Positions 1 to 10,784 of a DNA stretch of 64,000 nucleotides are shown one piece after another (the first letter of the stretch is position 1; the number at the start of each line of letters is the position of its first letter). A model generated the notes under the pieces. That model did no database searches, was not told the DNA's origin, and saw nothing but the letters and a program-made list of their open reading frames with translations. The translations under genes were made by a program, and so were the position numbers. The DNA is from Candidatus Moraniibacteriota bacterium (lineage in GTDB: Bacteria > Patescibacteriota > Minisyncoccia > Moranbacterales > UBA1568), in NCBI GenBank assembly GCA_903859375.1, contig CAIOMK010000059.1, forward strand, positions 3,438 to 67,437, read 5' to 3'.

Positions 1-2
1 AT

Positions 3-1361
3 GTGTGCCCGACTGTTGAAATACACGAGTCTCCCCCGAAACGAATACATCAGCACGTCGTCATTTTCCTCGATCTCCTTTCCTTTCCCGTCCTCGGATT
101 CGGATTCGGATTCGGTCACGACTCCCGCGTCGGAACGGTTCGGTCGCATGTCATAGTGGCCGTGAGACATCTTGTCCACGGAGACAAGCAGGGACAGCAC
201 GACGCCGAGCAGGATGCCCGTTATCGGATCCTCGATAACCGTCACGACCGCGACTATCATCGAGATGAAGAAGATGGTTTTGTCGAAACGGAAAAATCGG
301 AAGAAGTGTTCCGCCTCGACCATCTGCACGGCGACGAATACGAGGATAGCCGCGATGACCGCCATCGGGATGAATTGGAAATATCGGAGCAGGAACAATG
401 ATATGACAGCGACCAGGAGTGAGTTGATGAAAGCGGATGTCTTGTGATTCGCGCCGGTCTTGACGTTGAGTGAGGTACGCGCCAAGGCGGCGGTCGCCGG
501 CATTCCGCCGAACAATCCGGAAACGACATTCGCCAAACCGAGACCGAGCATCTCCTTTCGTTCATCATGCCTCGTTTTCGTCATGCCGTCGGCGATCTTG
601 GCCGAGAGCATCGTCTCAAGTATCGCGATGAGTGCGATCACCAACGACGCCCGCAACAACGCCGCCGAATAAAAAAAGTGCGGCATCGCGAACAGATGGA
701 AATTCATCTCACCGTATTTCATACCGAGCGTCTCGAGTGGCAGTGCGATAGCATGCGTCTGACTGAGAAAACCAAGGTATATGCCGATCGGGGCAAGGAA
801 AATCGCGCCCGGAAGCTTCGGGACGAATCGCTTGAACAGGAAAAGACCGACAAGAAACGCCAGGAAAATGGCAAAGGCAGGCCAAGAAACGTCCGGGATA
901 TGACGGAATGACTCTATCAGGTTATCGGAAAATTTCTCATGGCTCGGAAGGCCTTTCAATCCGAGTGCGAAATTGAATTGATTGAGACCGATGATGAGCG
1001 CGACGCCCAACGTGAACCCGTGGATGACGCTCGACGGGACCAGGAGGAGATATCGCTCGAGTCGGAAAAAATAGGCCGCAAGGATAGCGATGCCGGCGGT
1101 GACCGCTAACATAGGAACACTGTCGACTCCCTGTGCGAAAACAAAGGTGGCGATGATTCCGGATAAGGCGCCTGTCGGTCCGACGATATTGAAATTACTC
1201 CCACCGAACATCGCCGCGACGAGTCCTGCCCAGACGGCGGTCACGATACCGACGAGCGGAGTGACGCCGGACGCGACGGCGAGGGACACGGACAAAGGAA
1301 TCGAGATGAGGGATACGGTCAATCCCGACTTGAGATTGTTTTTGATGTTTTCGATCGGCAT
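3..1361 (-). CDS. SulP family inorganic anion (sulfate) transporter, runs off the window edge
   Basis: Manual translation from ATG at 1361: MPIENIKNNLKSGLTVSLISIPLSVSLAVASGVTPLVGIVTAVWAGLVAAMFGGSNFNIVGPTGA, a typical SulP N-terminus. Absent from the ORF track because it is open at the window end. Confidence 0.88.
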   Translation of the reverse strand, partial: MPIENIKNNLKSGLTVSLISIPLSVSLAVASGVTPLVGIVTAVWAGLVAAMFGGSNFNIVGPTGALSGIIATFVFAQGVDSVPMLAVTAGIAILAAYFFRLERYLLLVPSSVIHGFTLGVALIIGLNQFNFALGLKGLPSHEKFSDNLIESFRHIPDVSWPAFAIFLAFLVGLFLFKRFVPKLPGAIFLAPIGIYLGFLSQTHAIALPLETLGMKYGEMNFHLFAMPHFFYSAALLRASLVIALIAILETMLSAKIADGMTKTRHDERKEMLGLGLANVVSGLFGGMPATAALARTSLNVKTGANHKTSAFINSLLVAVISLFLLRYFQFIPMAVIAAILVFVAVQMVEAEHFFRFFRFDKTIFFISMIVAVVTVIEDPITGILLGVVLSLLVSVDKMSHGHYDMRPNRSDAGVVTESESESEDGKGKEIEENDDVLMYSFRGRLVYFNSRAH

Positions 1362-1538
1362 AGGGCGTGTCGCTATAAATATATTTTGCAAGAAAGGCTT
1401 AGAATGGCCGTATATGATGAAACAGGAAAAAACTTTTCAAAAATAAAAAGACCCCTGACACGGAAATCATCCGACGAGATGATCGATCCGGTCCAAGATG
1501 GTCCTTTCTTCGCTCCATCAAACGACACCACCTTTTTT

Positions 1539-1829
1539 TCACGCGGAAGTATGACATGTTCCAGGATACCACAAGCATGAAACGGGGTAAAGAAGCTTTA
1601 CATACGGCTCAGACGACCCGACACACGTCATAATTCCTGCCACCATGCATTCTCGGGAGAAAACTCGGGAGAAAAAATTCGACTCAATAACGATTCCCGG
1701 TTTTTCGCCAAAAACACGATGAAACAAGTCGACGTAGCTCAGTCCTCGAGAAGACTGGCAGATCCGCAATCCACAACGCAGAAAAGCATTCGTACACATA
1801 CCGTCGAAGGTTTCGATATGAAAAACCAT
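1539..1829 (-). CDS. hypothetical protein (96 aa)
   Basis: ORF fills an intergenic gap; no recognisable motif. Confidence 0.3.
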   Translation of the reverse strand: MVFHIETFDGMCTNAFLRCGLRICQSSRGLSYVDLFHRVFGEKPGIVIESNFFSRVFSRECMVAGIMTCVGSSEPYVKLLYPVSCLWYPGTCHTSA

Positions 1830-1916
1830 ACGAAGGGAGAACGGTGCGTCGTTCCCCTCTTTTTTCCTTTACATGACACGATTCCCGTGTTAGGCTTGAA
1901 ATGATATTTTCTCCAT

Positions 1917-2447
1917 ATGGAAGGATTGATTTCGCCATCTTCCGCCATTTTGCTCTCACTTGGTGCCGCAGTCCTCGGATTATTCGGATTCGTCGTCTCG
2001 GTAGTGCTTCTTTTGCGCTTGCAAAAGCTCAGAAAAGACCTTTCCGCAGTCTTTGCCGGCAAGACCGGCACTGACCTCGAGGAGGTCATCTTGAAGCAAC
2101 GTGAGGGACTCAAGTCGCTCGATGAGGAAATACGCAAGCTTTATGGCATAGCCGAACAGCTGTATCGGCTTGGGAACGAGAGTATTCACAAAACGGAACT
2201 TCTACGGTTCAACCCGTTCAAGGAGGTGGGTGGAAACCAAAGTTTCGCCCTCGCGCTTCTCAATGGGAAAAACACCGGCTTCGTGATCTCGTCGATCCAT
2301 ACGCGTGAAGGGACACGCGTCTACGCCAAACCGATCGAGGCCGGCGCCGAAGTCAAAGAGTACCCTCTTTCGGAAGAGGAGAAACACGTGGTCGGCACCG
2401 CCGTACGGAAACAATCCACCGCGTTCACCCGCAAAGAGACGGAATAA
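1917..2447 (+). CDS. DUF4446 family protein (N-terminal TM helix)
   Basis: RFNPFKEVGGNQSFALALLN...GFVISSIHTREGTRVYAKPI motif. Confidence 0.8.
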   Translation: MEGLISPSSAILLSLGAAVLGLFGFVVSVVLLLRLQKLRKDLSAVFAGKTGTDLEEVILKQREGLKSLDEEIRKLYGIAEQLYRLGNESIHKTELLRFNPFKEVGGNQSFALALLNGKNTGFVISSIHTREGTRVYAKPIEAGAEVKEYPLSEEEKHVVGTAVRKQSTAFTRKETE

Positions 2448-2465
2448 CGATCTAAGAACATACTC

Positions 2466-4238
2466 ATGGAAGAGCCCATAAAAGATGAAACCCCTCCGCA
2501 AAAGGTTTCTATCACGACAACTATCACGGTCAAAGAATTCTCCGAGCGTCTGGATTTGCCGGTCGGACGTGTCATCATGGAACTCATGAAGAACGGAATC
2601 CTCGCGACCATAAACGAGGAAATCGACTACGAGACGGCGAGTGTCATCGCTTCCGATCTCGGTTTTGAGGCTGTGCCGGCCGAGGAAACGGGCTCAGGAG
2701 ACAAACCGCTCGATCTCGAGGGACTCTTGACACTCTGTGTCAAAGAAAAGGATTCCGATCGCAAGCTCCCGGCGCGGGCACCGATCGTCACCATTTTGGG
2801 ACATGTCGACCACGGCAAGACAACCCTACTCGATACGCTCCGCAAGGCGAGCGTCGCCTCCAGCGAGGCCGGTGGCATCACCCAGCATCTCGGCACCTAT
2901 CAGGTCCGCAAGCGTGGCAAACTCATCACCTTCATCGACACGCCGGGACACGAGGCGTTCTCCGCGATGCGCAAACGAGGTGTCTCGATCGCAGACATCG
3001 CCATCCTGGTCGTCGCGGCGGATGACGGCATCCAGAAACAGACCAAGGAAGTCATTTCATACCTCAAAGAACGCGGCCTCCCGGTCATTGTCGCCATCAA
3101 CAAGATTGACAAACCCGAAGCGAACATCATCCGGGTGAAGCAGGAACTCGCCGAAAACGATATCCTCATCGAGGAATACGGAGGTAAGATCCTCTCCGCA
3201 GAAATCAGCGCCAAACAGAACATCGGCATCGATTCGCTGCTCGAAAATATCATCCTCCTCACCGACGTGGAGGAATTCGTGGCCGATCCGAAGCGCGACG
3301 GACTCGCCGTCGTCCTCGAATCACACCTCGACAAACAGAAAGGCCCAGTCGCGACGGTACTCGTCCGCACCGGGACACTCAAGGTGGGACAGGATGTCAT
3401 TGCCGGGTCCGCATTCGGACGCATCCGTCGTATGGAAGACTACACCGGGAAAAGTCTGGAGACGGCGTCACCGTCCACTCCGGCCATTATTTACGGTTTT
3501 CATGATGCGCCTCAGACGAACGACGTCGTACAGGTCGCGAGCGGCAAATCTTCCGCACGGGCCCGTTCCCAGGCGGTCGTCACAGCCAAGGGATTCAAAG
3601 CGAAGTCCGAGGGTGAGGACGAGCGAAAGAAACTTTCCTATATTCTCAAGGCTGACGTGCAGGGGTCTCTCGAGGCCATCGGTCAGATTCTCGGAGCCAT
3701 CGGATCCGACGAAGTCGCATTGGAAGAGATCTCATCCGATGTCGGCGCCGTCACGGAGTCCGATGTGAAGATGGCAGCCGGATCAAGCGCAGTCATTTTC
3801 GCTTTCAACGTGGAACCGACACCGGTCGCGAAACGCCTCGCCGAAAAACACGGCGTCTCCATAGAGACCTTCAATATTATCTACAAGCTGGTCGACAAGG
3901 CGAAGGAACGGCTTGCCGATCTTCTTCCTCCCGAAACGGTCCGAACCGACCTCGGCATACTGTCGGTACTTGCCGTTTTCAAGACAGGCAAACGTGACCA
4001 GATCGTCGGCGGACGCGTAAGCGAAGGCAAGATACTCAGGAATTCACTGATTGAAATCCGTCGTGACGGCGAACTGATCGGCCAAGGCAGGCTCCTCAAT
4101 CTTCAACAGAACAAACAGAACGTCGACGAGGTCGGCCACGGCAACGAATGTGGACTCGTATTCGAAGGCGGAGAAAAAGTACAGGCGGGCGACTCGCTCA
4201 CCTGCTACAAGGAAGAGACACGCCGTCGGACGCTCTAA
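2466..4238 (+). CDS. infB: translation initiation factor IF-2
   Basis: [31 protein letters not shown] motifs. Confidence 0.97.
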   Translation: MEEPIKDETPPQKVSITTTITVKEFSERLDLPVGRVIMELMKNGILATINEEIDYETASVIASDLGFEAVPAEETGSGDKPLDLEGLLTLCVKEKDSDRKLPARAPIVTILGHVDHGKTTLLDTLRKASVASSEAGGITQHLGTYQVRKRGKLITFIDTPGHEAFSAMRKRGVSIADIAILVVAADDGIQKQTKEVISYLKERGLPVIVAINKIDKPEANIIRVKQELAENDILIEEYGGKILSAEISAKQNIGIDSLLENIILLTDVEEFVADPKRDGLAVVLESHLDKQKGPVATVLVRTGTLKVGQDVIAGSAFGRIRRMEDYTGKSLETASPSTPAIIYGFHDAPQTNDVVQVASGKSSARARSQAVVTAKGFKAKSEGEDERKKLSYILKADVQGSLEAIGQILGAIGSDEVALEEISSDVGAVTESDVKMAAGSSAVIFAFNVEPTPVAKRLAEKHGVSIETFNIIYKLVDKAKERLADLLPPETVRTDLGILSVLAVFKTGKRDQIVGGRVSEGKILRNSLIEIRRDGELIGQGRLLNLQQNKQNVDEVGHGNECGLVFEGGEKVQAGDSLTCYKEETRRRTL

Positions 4239-4347
4239 CCGTTTTCGGACTGCAACGAAGGCAGTTTGGTTCATCGGTCATCATTGTTCCCGGTCACAGA
4301 TCACCCGTTCCCAACAGAGTATTATCTGCCGCCTGTTTTTCTTTCCT

Positions 4348-5871
4348 ATGGACTATTCCGTCATCCCCTCACCCGTTCTCTCCGTGCTCGATGAGCTGAA
4401 GAAACGGAACTATCAGGGACATATCGTCGGTGGTTGCGTGCGGGATATATTTCTCGGACGCGAACCGAAAGATTGGGATGTCACCACGAATGCCAAACCG
4501 GAAGAGGTGTTGGCGATTTTTCCTGACAGCTTCTATGAGAACGATTTCGGGACGGTAGGCGTCAAAGTCGCCCCATTTCACAAAGATGGCCGGCTGGATC
4601 GGGAACACGATGTCATCGAAATCACCACCTATCGGACGGAGTCGGCATATTCCGATCGGAGACGACCGGACCAGGTCTCTTTCGTGATGTCTCTTCCCGA
4701 AGATCTCTCACGCCGGGACTTCACGATGAATGCCATCGCCCTCGAAGTCAGGGAGTCGGATCCGTCGGCGGAAGAAATCAGTCGGGTGGTCGATATCATC
4801 GATCCGTTTCACGGCCAAGAGGATATCCGGCAGAAACTCATCCGGACGGTCGGAAATCCGGAGCAACGATTCGGCGAGGATGCGCTCCGCATGATGCGCG
4901 CGGTCAGACTCTATGCCGAACTTCGCGATGCGAATGACGAAACGCCCTCCAACTGGAAGATAGACGAACCGACCATCGAGGCCGCGCAGAAACACGCCGG
5001 ACTGCTCGCGCATGTCTCCCGTGAACGTGTACGCGACGAATTTTCACGTATCATCCTCTCGCACAGCCCGTCGGAGGGAGTGGAGCTTCTTCGGACGACC
5101 AGACTGCTCGAGGAAATTATTCCGGAGCTCGTCCAAGGGGTCGGCATCGGACAAAACCTGCATCACACCTACACCGTCTACGAGCACAATCTCAGCGCCC
5201 TCAAACATTGCCCTTCACGAAGTCTGGAAGTCCGGCTCGCATCGCTCCTGCACGATATCGGCAAGCCGAAAAGCAAACGGGGTGACGGATACCGTTCGAC
5301 GTTCTACAATCATGACCACATCGGGGCCCGCATGACCAAAGACATTCTTCATCGTCTCCGTTATCCACTTTCGGTCATAGCCAAGGCCACCCTTCTCGTG
5401 GACAATCATCTTTTTTATTACAATGTCGGCGAGGTGACCGAAGCGTCGGTACGTCGACTTATCCGAAGGGTCGGACTCGAAAACATGAAAGACCTCATGG
5501 ACGTCCGCATCGCCGACCGACTCGGTTCAGGCGTTCCGAAAGCGAAGCCCTACAAGCTCCGCCACCTCGAGTATATGATCGAAAAGGTGTCCAAGGACCC
5601 TGTCTCGGTGAAAATGCTCGCCATAAACGGCACAAGCCTCATGAGCGACCTTGGCATGGCACCGGGACCGAAGATCGGAGCCATACTCGACGTACTTCTT
5701 TCCGAGGTGATCGAAGACCCTTCCCAAAACAGCAAAGAGACGTTGCTCGCCCGCGCGCAAGTCCTTTCCCAAGAGGATCTTGCGACGCTCCGTGACAAAG
5801 CCAAGGAAGTCATCGAGGAGAAGAGGGCTGATGACGACCACGGAATCAAGAACAGACACAAGGTGGCGTAG
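4348..5871 (+). CDS. cca: CCA tRNA nucleotidyltransferase / poly(A) polymerase family protein with HD domain
   Basis: VGGCVRD, DWDVTT, RRDFTMNA, EDALRMMRA, LLHDIGK motifs; likely start MDYSVIP at 4348. Confidence 0.9.
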   Translation: MDYSVIPSPVLSVLDELKKRNYQGHIVGGCVRDIFLGREPKDWDVTTNAKPEEVLAIFPDSFYENDFGTVGVKVAPFHKDGRLDREHDVIEITTYRTESAYSDRRRPDQVSFVMSLPEDLSRRDFTMNAIALEVRESDPSAEEISRVVDIIDPFHGQEDIRQKLIRTVGNPEQRFGEDALRMMRAVRLYAELRDANDETPSNWKIDEPTIEAAQKHAGLLAHVSRERVRDEFSRIILSHSPSEGVELLRTTRLLEEIIPELVQGVGIGQNLHHTYTVYEHNLSALKHCPSRSLEVRLASLLHDIGKPKSKRGDGYRSTFYNHDHIGARMTKDILHRLRYPLSVIAKATLLVDNHLFYYNVGEVTEASVRRLIRRVGLENMKDLMDVRIADRLGSGVPKAKPYKLRHLEYMIEKVSKDPVSVKMLAINGTSLMSDLGMAPGPKIGAILDVLLSEVIEDPSQNSKETLLARAQVLSQEDLATLRDKAKEVIEEKRADDDHGIKNRHKVA

Positions 5872-6016
5872 GAATACGAGTCGAAAGTATCAAGTCCAAA
5901 GTCTATACGCCTATGACCCGTCGCGGTTAGGCTGTATAAACTTTACACTTTTCGATAACCTGTTAGAATGGGACCTGTTATCGAAAAGGACGGTTTTACG
6001 CTCAAAAAAGGCACAT

Positions 6017-6087
6017 CGGAGTGTGGTATAGTGGTATTACGCACGATTCGGGTTCGTGTAATCCGGGTTCGATTCCCGGCACTCCGA
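6017..6087 (+). tRNA. tRNA-Pro (anticodon CGG), CCA not encoded
   Basis: Acceptor stem CGGAGTG/CACTCCG; anticodon arm CACGA-TTCGGGT-TCGTG; T-arm GGTTCGATTCC. Confidence 0.92.
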
Positions 6088-6249
6088 CAAAACAAGACTT
6101 GAAAAATGCGCAGGGTTACGGGTTTGCGAAGCATCCGGCGCATGCTGGACGATTCCCGGCACTCCGACAAAACAAGACTTGAAAAATGCGCAGGGTGACG
6201 GGTTTGCGAAGCATCCGGCGCATGCTGGACGATTCCCGGCACTCCGACA
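6070..6249 (+). repeat. 80-bp tandem repeat (2 full units plus a partial third) starting with the tRNA-Pro 3' end
   Basis: CGATTCCCGGCACTCCGACA at 6070, 6150 and 6230; the two 60-bp intervening segments differ at one base. Confidence 0.95.
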
Positions 6250-6272
6250 TATTTTGACGGTCACAAACAATT

Positions 6273-6587
6273 ATGAAAATAACCGTACACACGCTTTCAG
6301 CTGATCCCGTGACCGTATTGCGTCGCCTCGGGTATGCCTTCCAAAGGAAAGAAGGTGCCGAGATGAGTTTCATCAGACCGCTTGCGCAAGCTGGGTTTCC
6401 CCGATTCCATTGCTACGCAAAAGTGGAAGGATTCGGTCTGATCATCAGCTTTCATCTCGATCAGAAGAAAGAGACATACGGAGACACGACACGACATCAT
6501 GGAGAATATGAAGCCGAGGGCCCGCTCAAGGAAGAAGCTGACAGGCTGATCGGCCTCCTCGGTCCGAGCGCCCGCATCACAGGCTGA
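6273..6587 (+). CDS. hypothetical protein (104 aa)
   Basis: Clean ORF between two tRNAs with protein-like composition (FPRFHCY...HLDQKK). Confidence 0.7.
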   Translation: MKITVHTLSADPVTVLRRLGYAFQRKEGAEMSFIRPLAQAGFPRFHCYAKVEGFGLIISFHLDQKKETYGDTTRHHGEYEAEGPLKEEADRLIGLLGPSARITG

Positions 6588-6603
6588 TGGTATCGGTTTA
6601 TCT

Positions 6604-6690
6604 GCCGAAGTGGCGAAATTGGTAGACGCACCAGGTTTAGGGCCTGGCAGGAGCAATCCTATGGGAGTTCGATTCTCCCCTTCGGCACCA
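6604..6690 (+). tRNA. tRNA-Leu (anticodon TAG)
   Basis: GCCGAAG...CTTCGGC-ACCA; anticodon arm CCAGG-TTTAGGG-CCTGG; long variable arm. Confidence 0.95.
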
Positions 6691-6700
6691 AAGCATGTAT

Positions 6701-6734
6701 AAAAAAACACCACGATCACTCGTGGTGTTTTTTT
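6701..6734. terminator. bidirectional intrinsic terminator
   Basis: A7-CACCACGA-tcac-TCGTGGTG-T7 between convergent transcripts. Confidence 0.8.
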
Positions 6735-6751
6735 CTTTCTCGATAAGTCAC

Positions 6752-9550
6752 TTATTCACGCCGAACGGATTCCGATGCCGTTTCCGGTATGAGGGAGAAC
6801 AGAAATCCGACCGTAAAGAGGAGCAGTCCTCCAGAAAGGAACATACGGAATGCGAACGATACGACCGGCGGTACATACCCCGACAAGGCGGCGTAGAATT
6901 TTTTCGTTCCCGAGTCCGCCGATACCAATGGCCGCACATTCGTCACTTGAACGGATTTGCCTATGGTAATTTCAGCTGTCTGCAACGAGTTTATTCCCCA
7001 GATGTTTCTCAGGGCACTTCTTTTCTCGACCGGCTGTGTCAGCGTGGCCGACAACGCTATGTTGGTCACGTCTCCGACCGCATCCCCTTCGGGAGTGATG
7101 TAATCGATACCGATATAATCGGTTCCGTTGATGTTCCACATCGTTTCGCTCTGGGGAACATCGTTCACCACCCATTGTCGCGTCGAAATCCGTTCCGCGA
7201 AAGTCGGCACGAACCGTGCCCGCAAGTCGATCGGGTTTCCGGGATATTTCTCGAAATAGTTTTCACTGAGATCATCATGTGTCGTCCCGTTGAGATCGAC
7301 ATACTGGCCGACGACACGAGGCCAGAGAGATGACGAGTCGGCCGTTTCCAACACGATGTCCGGAGTCACGATATTGAACATGCGGGTGAGGGTGACCACG
7401 TTTCCGGTCTTGATATCAACCGCATCGAGCTTCACTTTGATGGTCGTCCCAGGCTCTCCCGTCACCGCGATGAAGACTTCCGTCCCGCCCGCACACGCGG
7501 AGTCCGACGATACAAGCGAATTGCAGGGAAGATTTTTCCCATCGACCTTCCAACTGAAATCCGACAATCCGGAGTCGGAACTCAGTTTCAATCCGATAAT
7601 CTCGTTCTTCATGACCCGGCACGAGATACGGTCAAGATTCGTCATGGCATCCTGCGCGGTCTTCGGATCTGCGACATACGTGCTACAGATCTGGCTTCCG
7701 AGAAAGACATTCGAACCCGTATCCGTATCGGCTGCGTTAGCCGTGTACGCAAGAATCTTCTTGTCAGAATTGGAAACCTTGACGACCACGTCGCTTTTCC
7801 CGGTCCGACTGCCACGTGAATTGAAATTCTCAGTAGCAGTGGAAGTGAGTCGCAGGTAGAGAGGGTCCGCCGTTGAAAACCCGCCGAGGACGTCGGCACC
7901 CATGTTGAGCGGGATCGAGATAGTTTTCAGGTCGATGCCCTTGTTGATAGGAAGGAGTCCCTTGCTCTTCAGATCGGCCGTGATATTCCTTGCACCGCTC
8001 ATGCCTATGCTATTGCTCGCTTCCACTTTCCATTCGTATGTGACTTCGGCGTCGGTTTTCCCTGAGTTCGTAATGGACGCGACGGCTGTGAGGGTATCGC
8101 CAGCCTTCTCTCCGGACCGGTCATTGGTCGGATTGTCCGGCGTGGCCGACACGTCGAGTTCTATCTTCTTCGAATTTGCCTGACCGGTATCAAGTGGGTC
8201 GATAAGGTTCGTATATATACCGTTTTTCGTTCCTTCCATGCATCTGTTAAAATCATTCCGCCCCATTCCGGTGGTAGGAAAGTTTACGGAATATCCCTTG
8301 ATCGTCGTATTGTAGCTCCCTTTATTCACGACATCACACCCGTCTCCGGAAAATGCCCACATGACCATCATCGATGAATCGGGGTGCTGCGTATTCACCA
8401 TAGATGTCCCTTCCACGATGAGACCGAGAAGATCGCCGGTCTGATACGTCCACGTGAAGGTATCGAGCCCGAGCCCGACGACATTCGCCTCGTCCTTGCT
8501 ACCGTTGTCGGCAGTATCCGCATCGGCCGGATTCGTCCCCCAGAATCTTTCTTCATCAGCAGTGAACCTCCCATCACCGGTCGTCGCGCCGGTCGCATTC
8601 GGAAAAAGATGTATACAGCTGTCTCCGCCAGGAGACGCACTTGCCGAACAAGTCATGTTGTTCTCCACCACCGGATCATACGCGTAGTTCGGTGTCGCCA
8701 ACAGGGTTATCGGGTCGATGGCATCCGGATAGATCCGACGCTGTACCGTATCCGTCAACTGAAAAGTATTCCCCGCAGCCGGGTTGACACAACGTGGCGA
8801 TTCCAAATCCGGACAAGTGACCGAACCCGAGTCACCGCAGATCGGATCCCCATTGACCTTGTACGTGCCGGTTGAGGCGATTTCCCCACCTGTGCTCATG
8901 ACTTCCTTGATACATTTTGCGGCATAGCCACCCGTACCGCATGCAAAAGACGCGGACAGGGACGATGTCGGGCCGAGTTCATAAAACACGCCGGTTGAGA
9001 CATCTTTGACATAACACCACGACTTGTCGATATTCGTCTTGTCCGATCCTCCGAAGACGTTCCGCACATCATACCCATCGTCGTCATCCGGGCCCGGCAG
9101 GAAGAGGGCCGTGTCCGCCCCATCATTCGCTATGATCTTCATAGCCTCGGTCTTCCAATCTTCCGCGCTGTCCGAGGCATCTTTCCTCTTGAGAAACCAG
9201 GTATAGAACAGTTTGTCGTTGGAATTCGAAAAGTAAAGAGGGAAGGCCTTGGCGGTAATCTTCTGACCTTCCTTCGGATCTGTCGGACTGAAGGAAAGAG
9301 TCGTCCCGGGAGCGTATTTTTTCGTATCGGAAACATTGAAACTATGACCGAAATTCTGAATGGAACTCTTGTCAATATTGAGCGCACTCAGGGTATTGTC
9401 GATCATCGTTCCCTGTATGCCCGAGCTGATACCCCCCAGAGAAATACCCAAAAGCGCGTGCGCATCCCACACAGGGATGGATTGTCCGAGAAGTATGACC
9501 GCGACAAGCAAGACGGAGAACGCTCTCTTCATGAAGGAATTTTTTTTCAT
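6752..9550 (-). CDS. large secreted / membrane-anchored surface protein (932 aa)
   Basis: Signal peptide MKKNSFMKRAFSVLLVAVILLG; Cys pairs and a D/G/T/S-rich body; C-terminal hydrophobic helix. Confidence 0.75.
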   Translation of the reverse strand: MKKNSFMKRAFSVLLVAVILLGQSIPVWDAHALLGISLGGISSGIQGTMIDNTLSALNIDKSSIQNFGHSFNVSDTKKYAPGTTLSFSPTDPKEGQKITAKAFPLYFSNSNDKLFYTWFLKRKDASDSAEDWKTEAMKIIANDGADTALFLPGPDDDDGYDVRNVFGGSDKTNIDKSWCYVKDVSTGVFYELGPTSSLSASFACGTGGYAAKCIKEVMSTGGEIASTGTYKVNGDPICGDSGSVTCPDLESPRCVNPAAGNTFQLTDTVQRRIYPDAIDPITLLATPNYAYDPVVENNMTCSASASPGGDSCIHLFPNATGATTGDGRFTADEERFWGTNPADADTADNGSKDEANVVGLGLDTFTWTYQTGDLLGLIVEGTSMVNTQHPDSSMMVMWAFSGDGCDVVNKGSYNTTIKGYSVNFPTTGMGRNDFNRCMEGTKNGIYTNLIDPLDTGQANSKKIELDVSATPDNPTNDRSGEKAGDTLTAVASITNSGKTDAEVTYEWKVEASNSIGMSGARNITADLKSKGLLPINKGIDLKTISIPLNMGADVLGGFSTADPLYLRLTSTATENFNSRGSRTGKSDVVVKVSNSDKKILAYTANAADTDTGSNVFLGSQICSTYVADPKTAQDAMTNLDRISCRVMKNEIIGLKLSSDSGLSDFSWKVDGKNLPCNSLVSSDSACAGGTEVFIAVTGEPGTTIKVKLDAVDIKTGNVVTLTRMFNIVTPDIVLETADSSSLWPRVVGQYVDLNGTTHDDLSENYFEKYPGNPIDLRARFVPTFAERISTRQWVVNDVPQSETMWNINGTDYIGIDYITPEGDAVGDVTNIALSATLTQPVEKRSALRNIWGINSLQTAEITIGKSVQVTNVRPLVSADSGTKKFYAALSGYVPPVVSFAFRMFLSGGLLLFTVGFLFSLIPETASESVRRE

Positions 9551-9563
9551 AGCGTTTTCCGGG

Positions 9564-10229
9564 TTATCGGATGATAAGGATAAGGACGTCGGACAAAAAT
9601 AATATAAGCCATGCCGACAACCACGAATAGGGAACCGATCGGGTATAGAACGCCACGAATCCAGAACCGAGTGACGCGAGTATCAGCGGGGCATCCTGCC
9701 AGGAAAAACCGACGCCGGAAGCTATCAGGAAAAGAGCAAAGAGTGCGGATTGGAAAAATACAGCCCAGATACCGGCTTTCCGAAGCCACAAGATGAGAAC
9801 GAATCCACGAAAGAACACCTCGTACAGGAAGGCTAACGCTCCAATCAGGATAATCTCGTACAAGAGGAAAAATGGAAACGAATCATGGATGATGGCAGGC
9901 AGATAGTATGACTCCGAAACCGGATAGGTTCGAAGAAGAACGTACCACACCAGAATAATCGGGATGACGACAGCCAAAACGGCGATAATCCCGAACCGGT
10001 GTTTACTTCCCTGAAAACCGAGAACCGACAGTGGCTCATGAAGTATGAGCTTCACAAAAAGAATCGGAAGAACAACGAAAAAAACCGTGCTCAGGAGGAT
10101 GGACTGCACAGTCACATCCAATCTCGACTCGGCTGGAAAAAGCACATATACGGCGAGTGTTCCGAATACAAGAATTGCGATCTGAAAAGATCGTTTCCAT
10201 TTGGAAAGAAGAGGCAGGAAAAAATTCAT
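9564..10229 (-). CDS. CPBP (CAAX protease / Abi) family intramembrane protein
   Basis: Multiple TM helices; YEVFFRG variant of the EExxFRG motif. Confidence 0.7.
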   Translation of the reverse strand: MNFFLPLLSKWKRSFQIAILVFGTLAVYVLFPAESRLDVTVQSILLSTVFFVVLPILFVKLILHEPLSVLGFQGSKHRFGIIAVLAVVIPIILVWYVLLRTYPVSESYYLPAIIHDSFPFFLLYEIILIGALAFLYEVFFRGFVLILWLRKAGIWAVFFQSALFALFLIASGVGFSWQDAPLILASLGSGFVAFYTRSVPYSWLSAWLILFLSDVLILIIR

Positions 10230-10292
10230 ATGTTTATTTCAGTATACCAATTTTTCTTTCTTTTTTGAAGACGACCACCGATTCATGTCGCA

Positions 10293-10784
10293 TTAGGTTC
10301 CTTTCATAGGTATTTTCACGATACGAAGCAGGAACATGGCGAGTGCCTCAAAGGGGATAACCTCACCGAGAAACGGTATTCCCTGAAACGCTCCGGCGAG
10401 AAACAATATCAATTCCCGCATCGCGATAACTTTGATCCGCGCTTTGATAGGCAGTTTCCGTGTCGATGGATCGTAATAGACGATAGCGGCCTGGATAGCC
10501 GTAAAGCAGAATGAGATAAGCCATGAAACTCCGGGGATCCACCCGAATATGAAGGCAAGTACCCATCCCAGAGCGCCGACCATAACGCCGAGCAACAGTG
10601 TCGTGGTCGACATTTTCCCGGCGCCTGCTCCGGCGCCGACCGGTACCGATGTGGGTGTCGCGTTCCTTTTCGGAGCGCTTTCACTCAGAACATCGTCATC
10701 GTTTGACTCATCGTCATCGACCGTGTCTTGGATATGTGTCGGCATAGGACGCTTATCGGTATCAGGATTCCCCTTGTTCCTCAT
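10293..10784 (-). CDS. hypothetical membrane protein
   Basis: Acidic N-terminus followed by 3-4 hydrophobic segments; overlaps the end of virB4. Confidence 0.65.
   Translation of the reverse strand: MRNKGNPDTDKRPMPTHIQDTVDDDESNDDDVLSESAPKRNATPTSVPVGAGAGAGKMSTTTLLLGVMVGALGWVLAFIFGWIPGVSWLISFCFTAIQAAIVYYDPSTRKLPIKARIKVIAMRELILFLAGAFQGIPFLGEVIPFEALAMFLLRIVKIPMKGT

Noticed and set aside
96-115. GGATTC x3 microsatellite
   Set aside because: Encodes an ESESES linker in the SulP protein; unremarkable.
6070-6249. Mini-CRISPR array
   Set aside because: The spacers are near-identical and the repeat is the tRNA 3' end.
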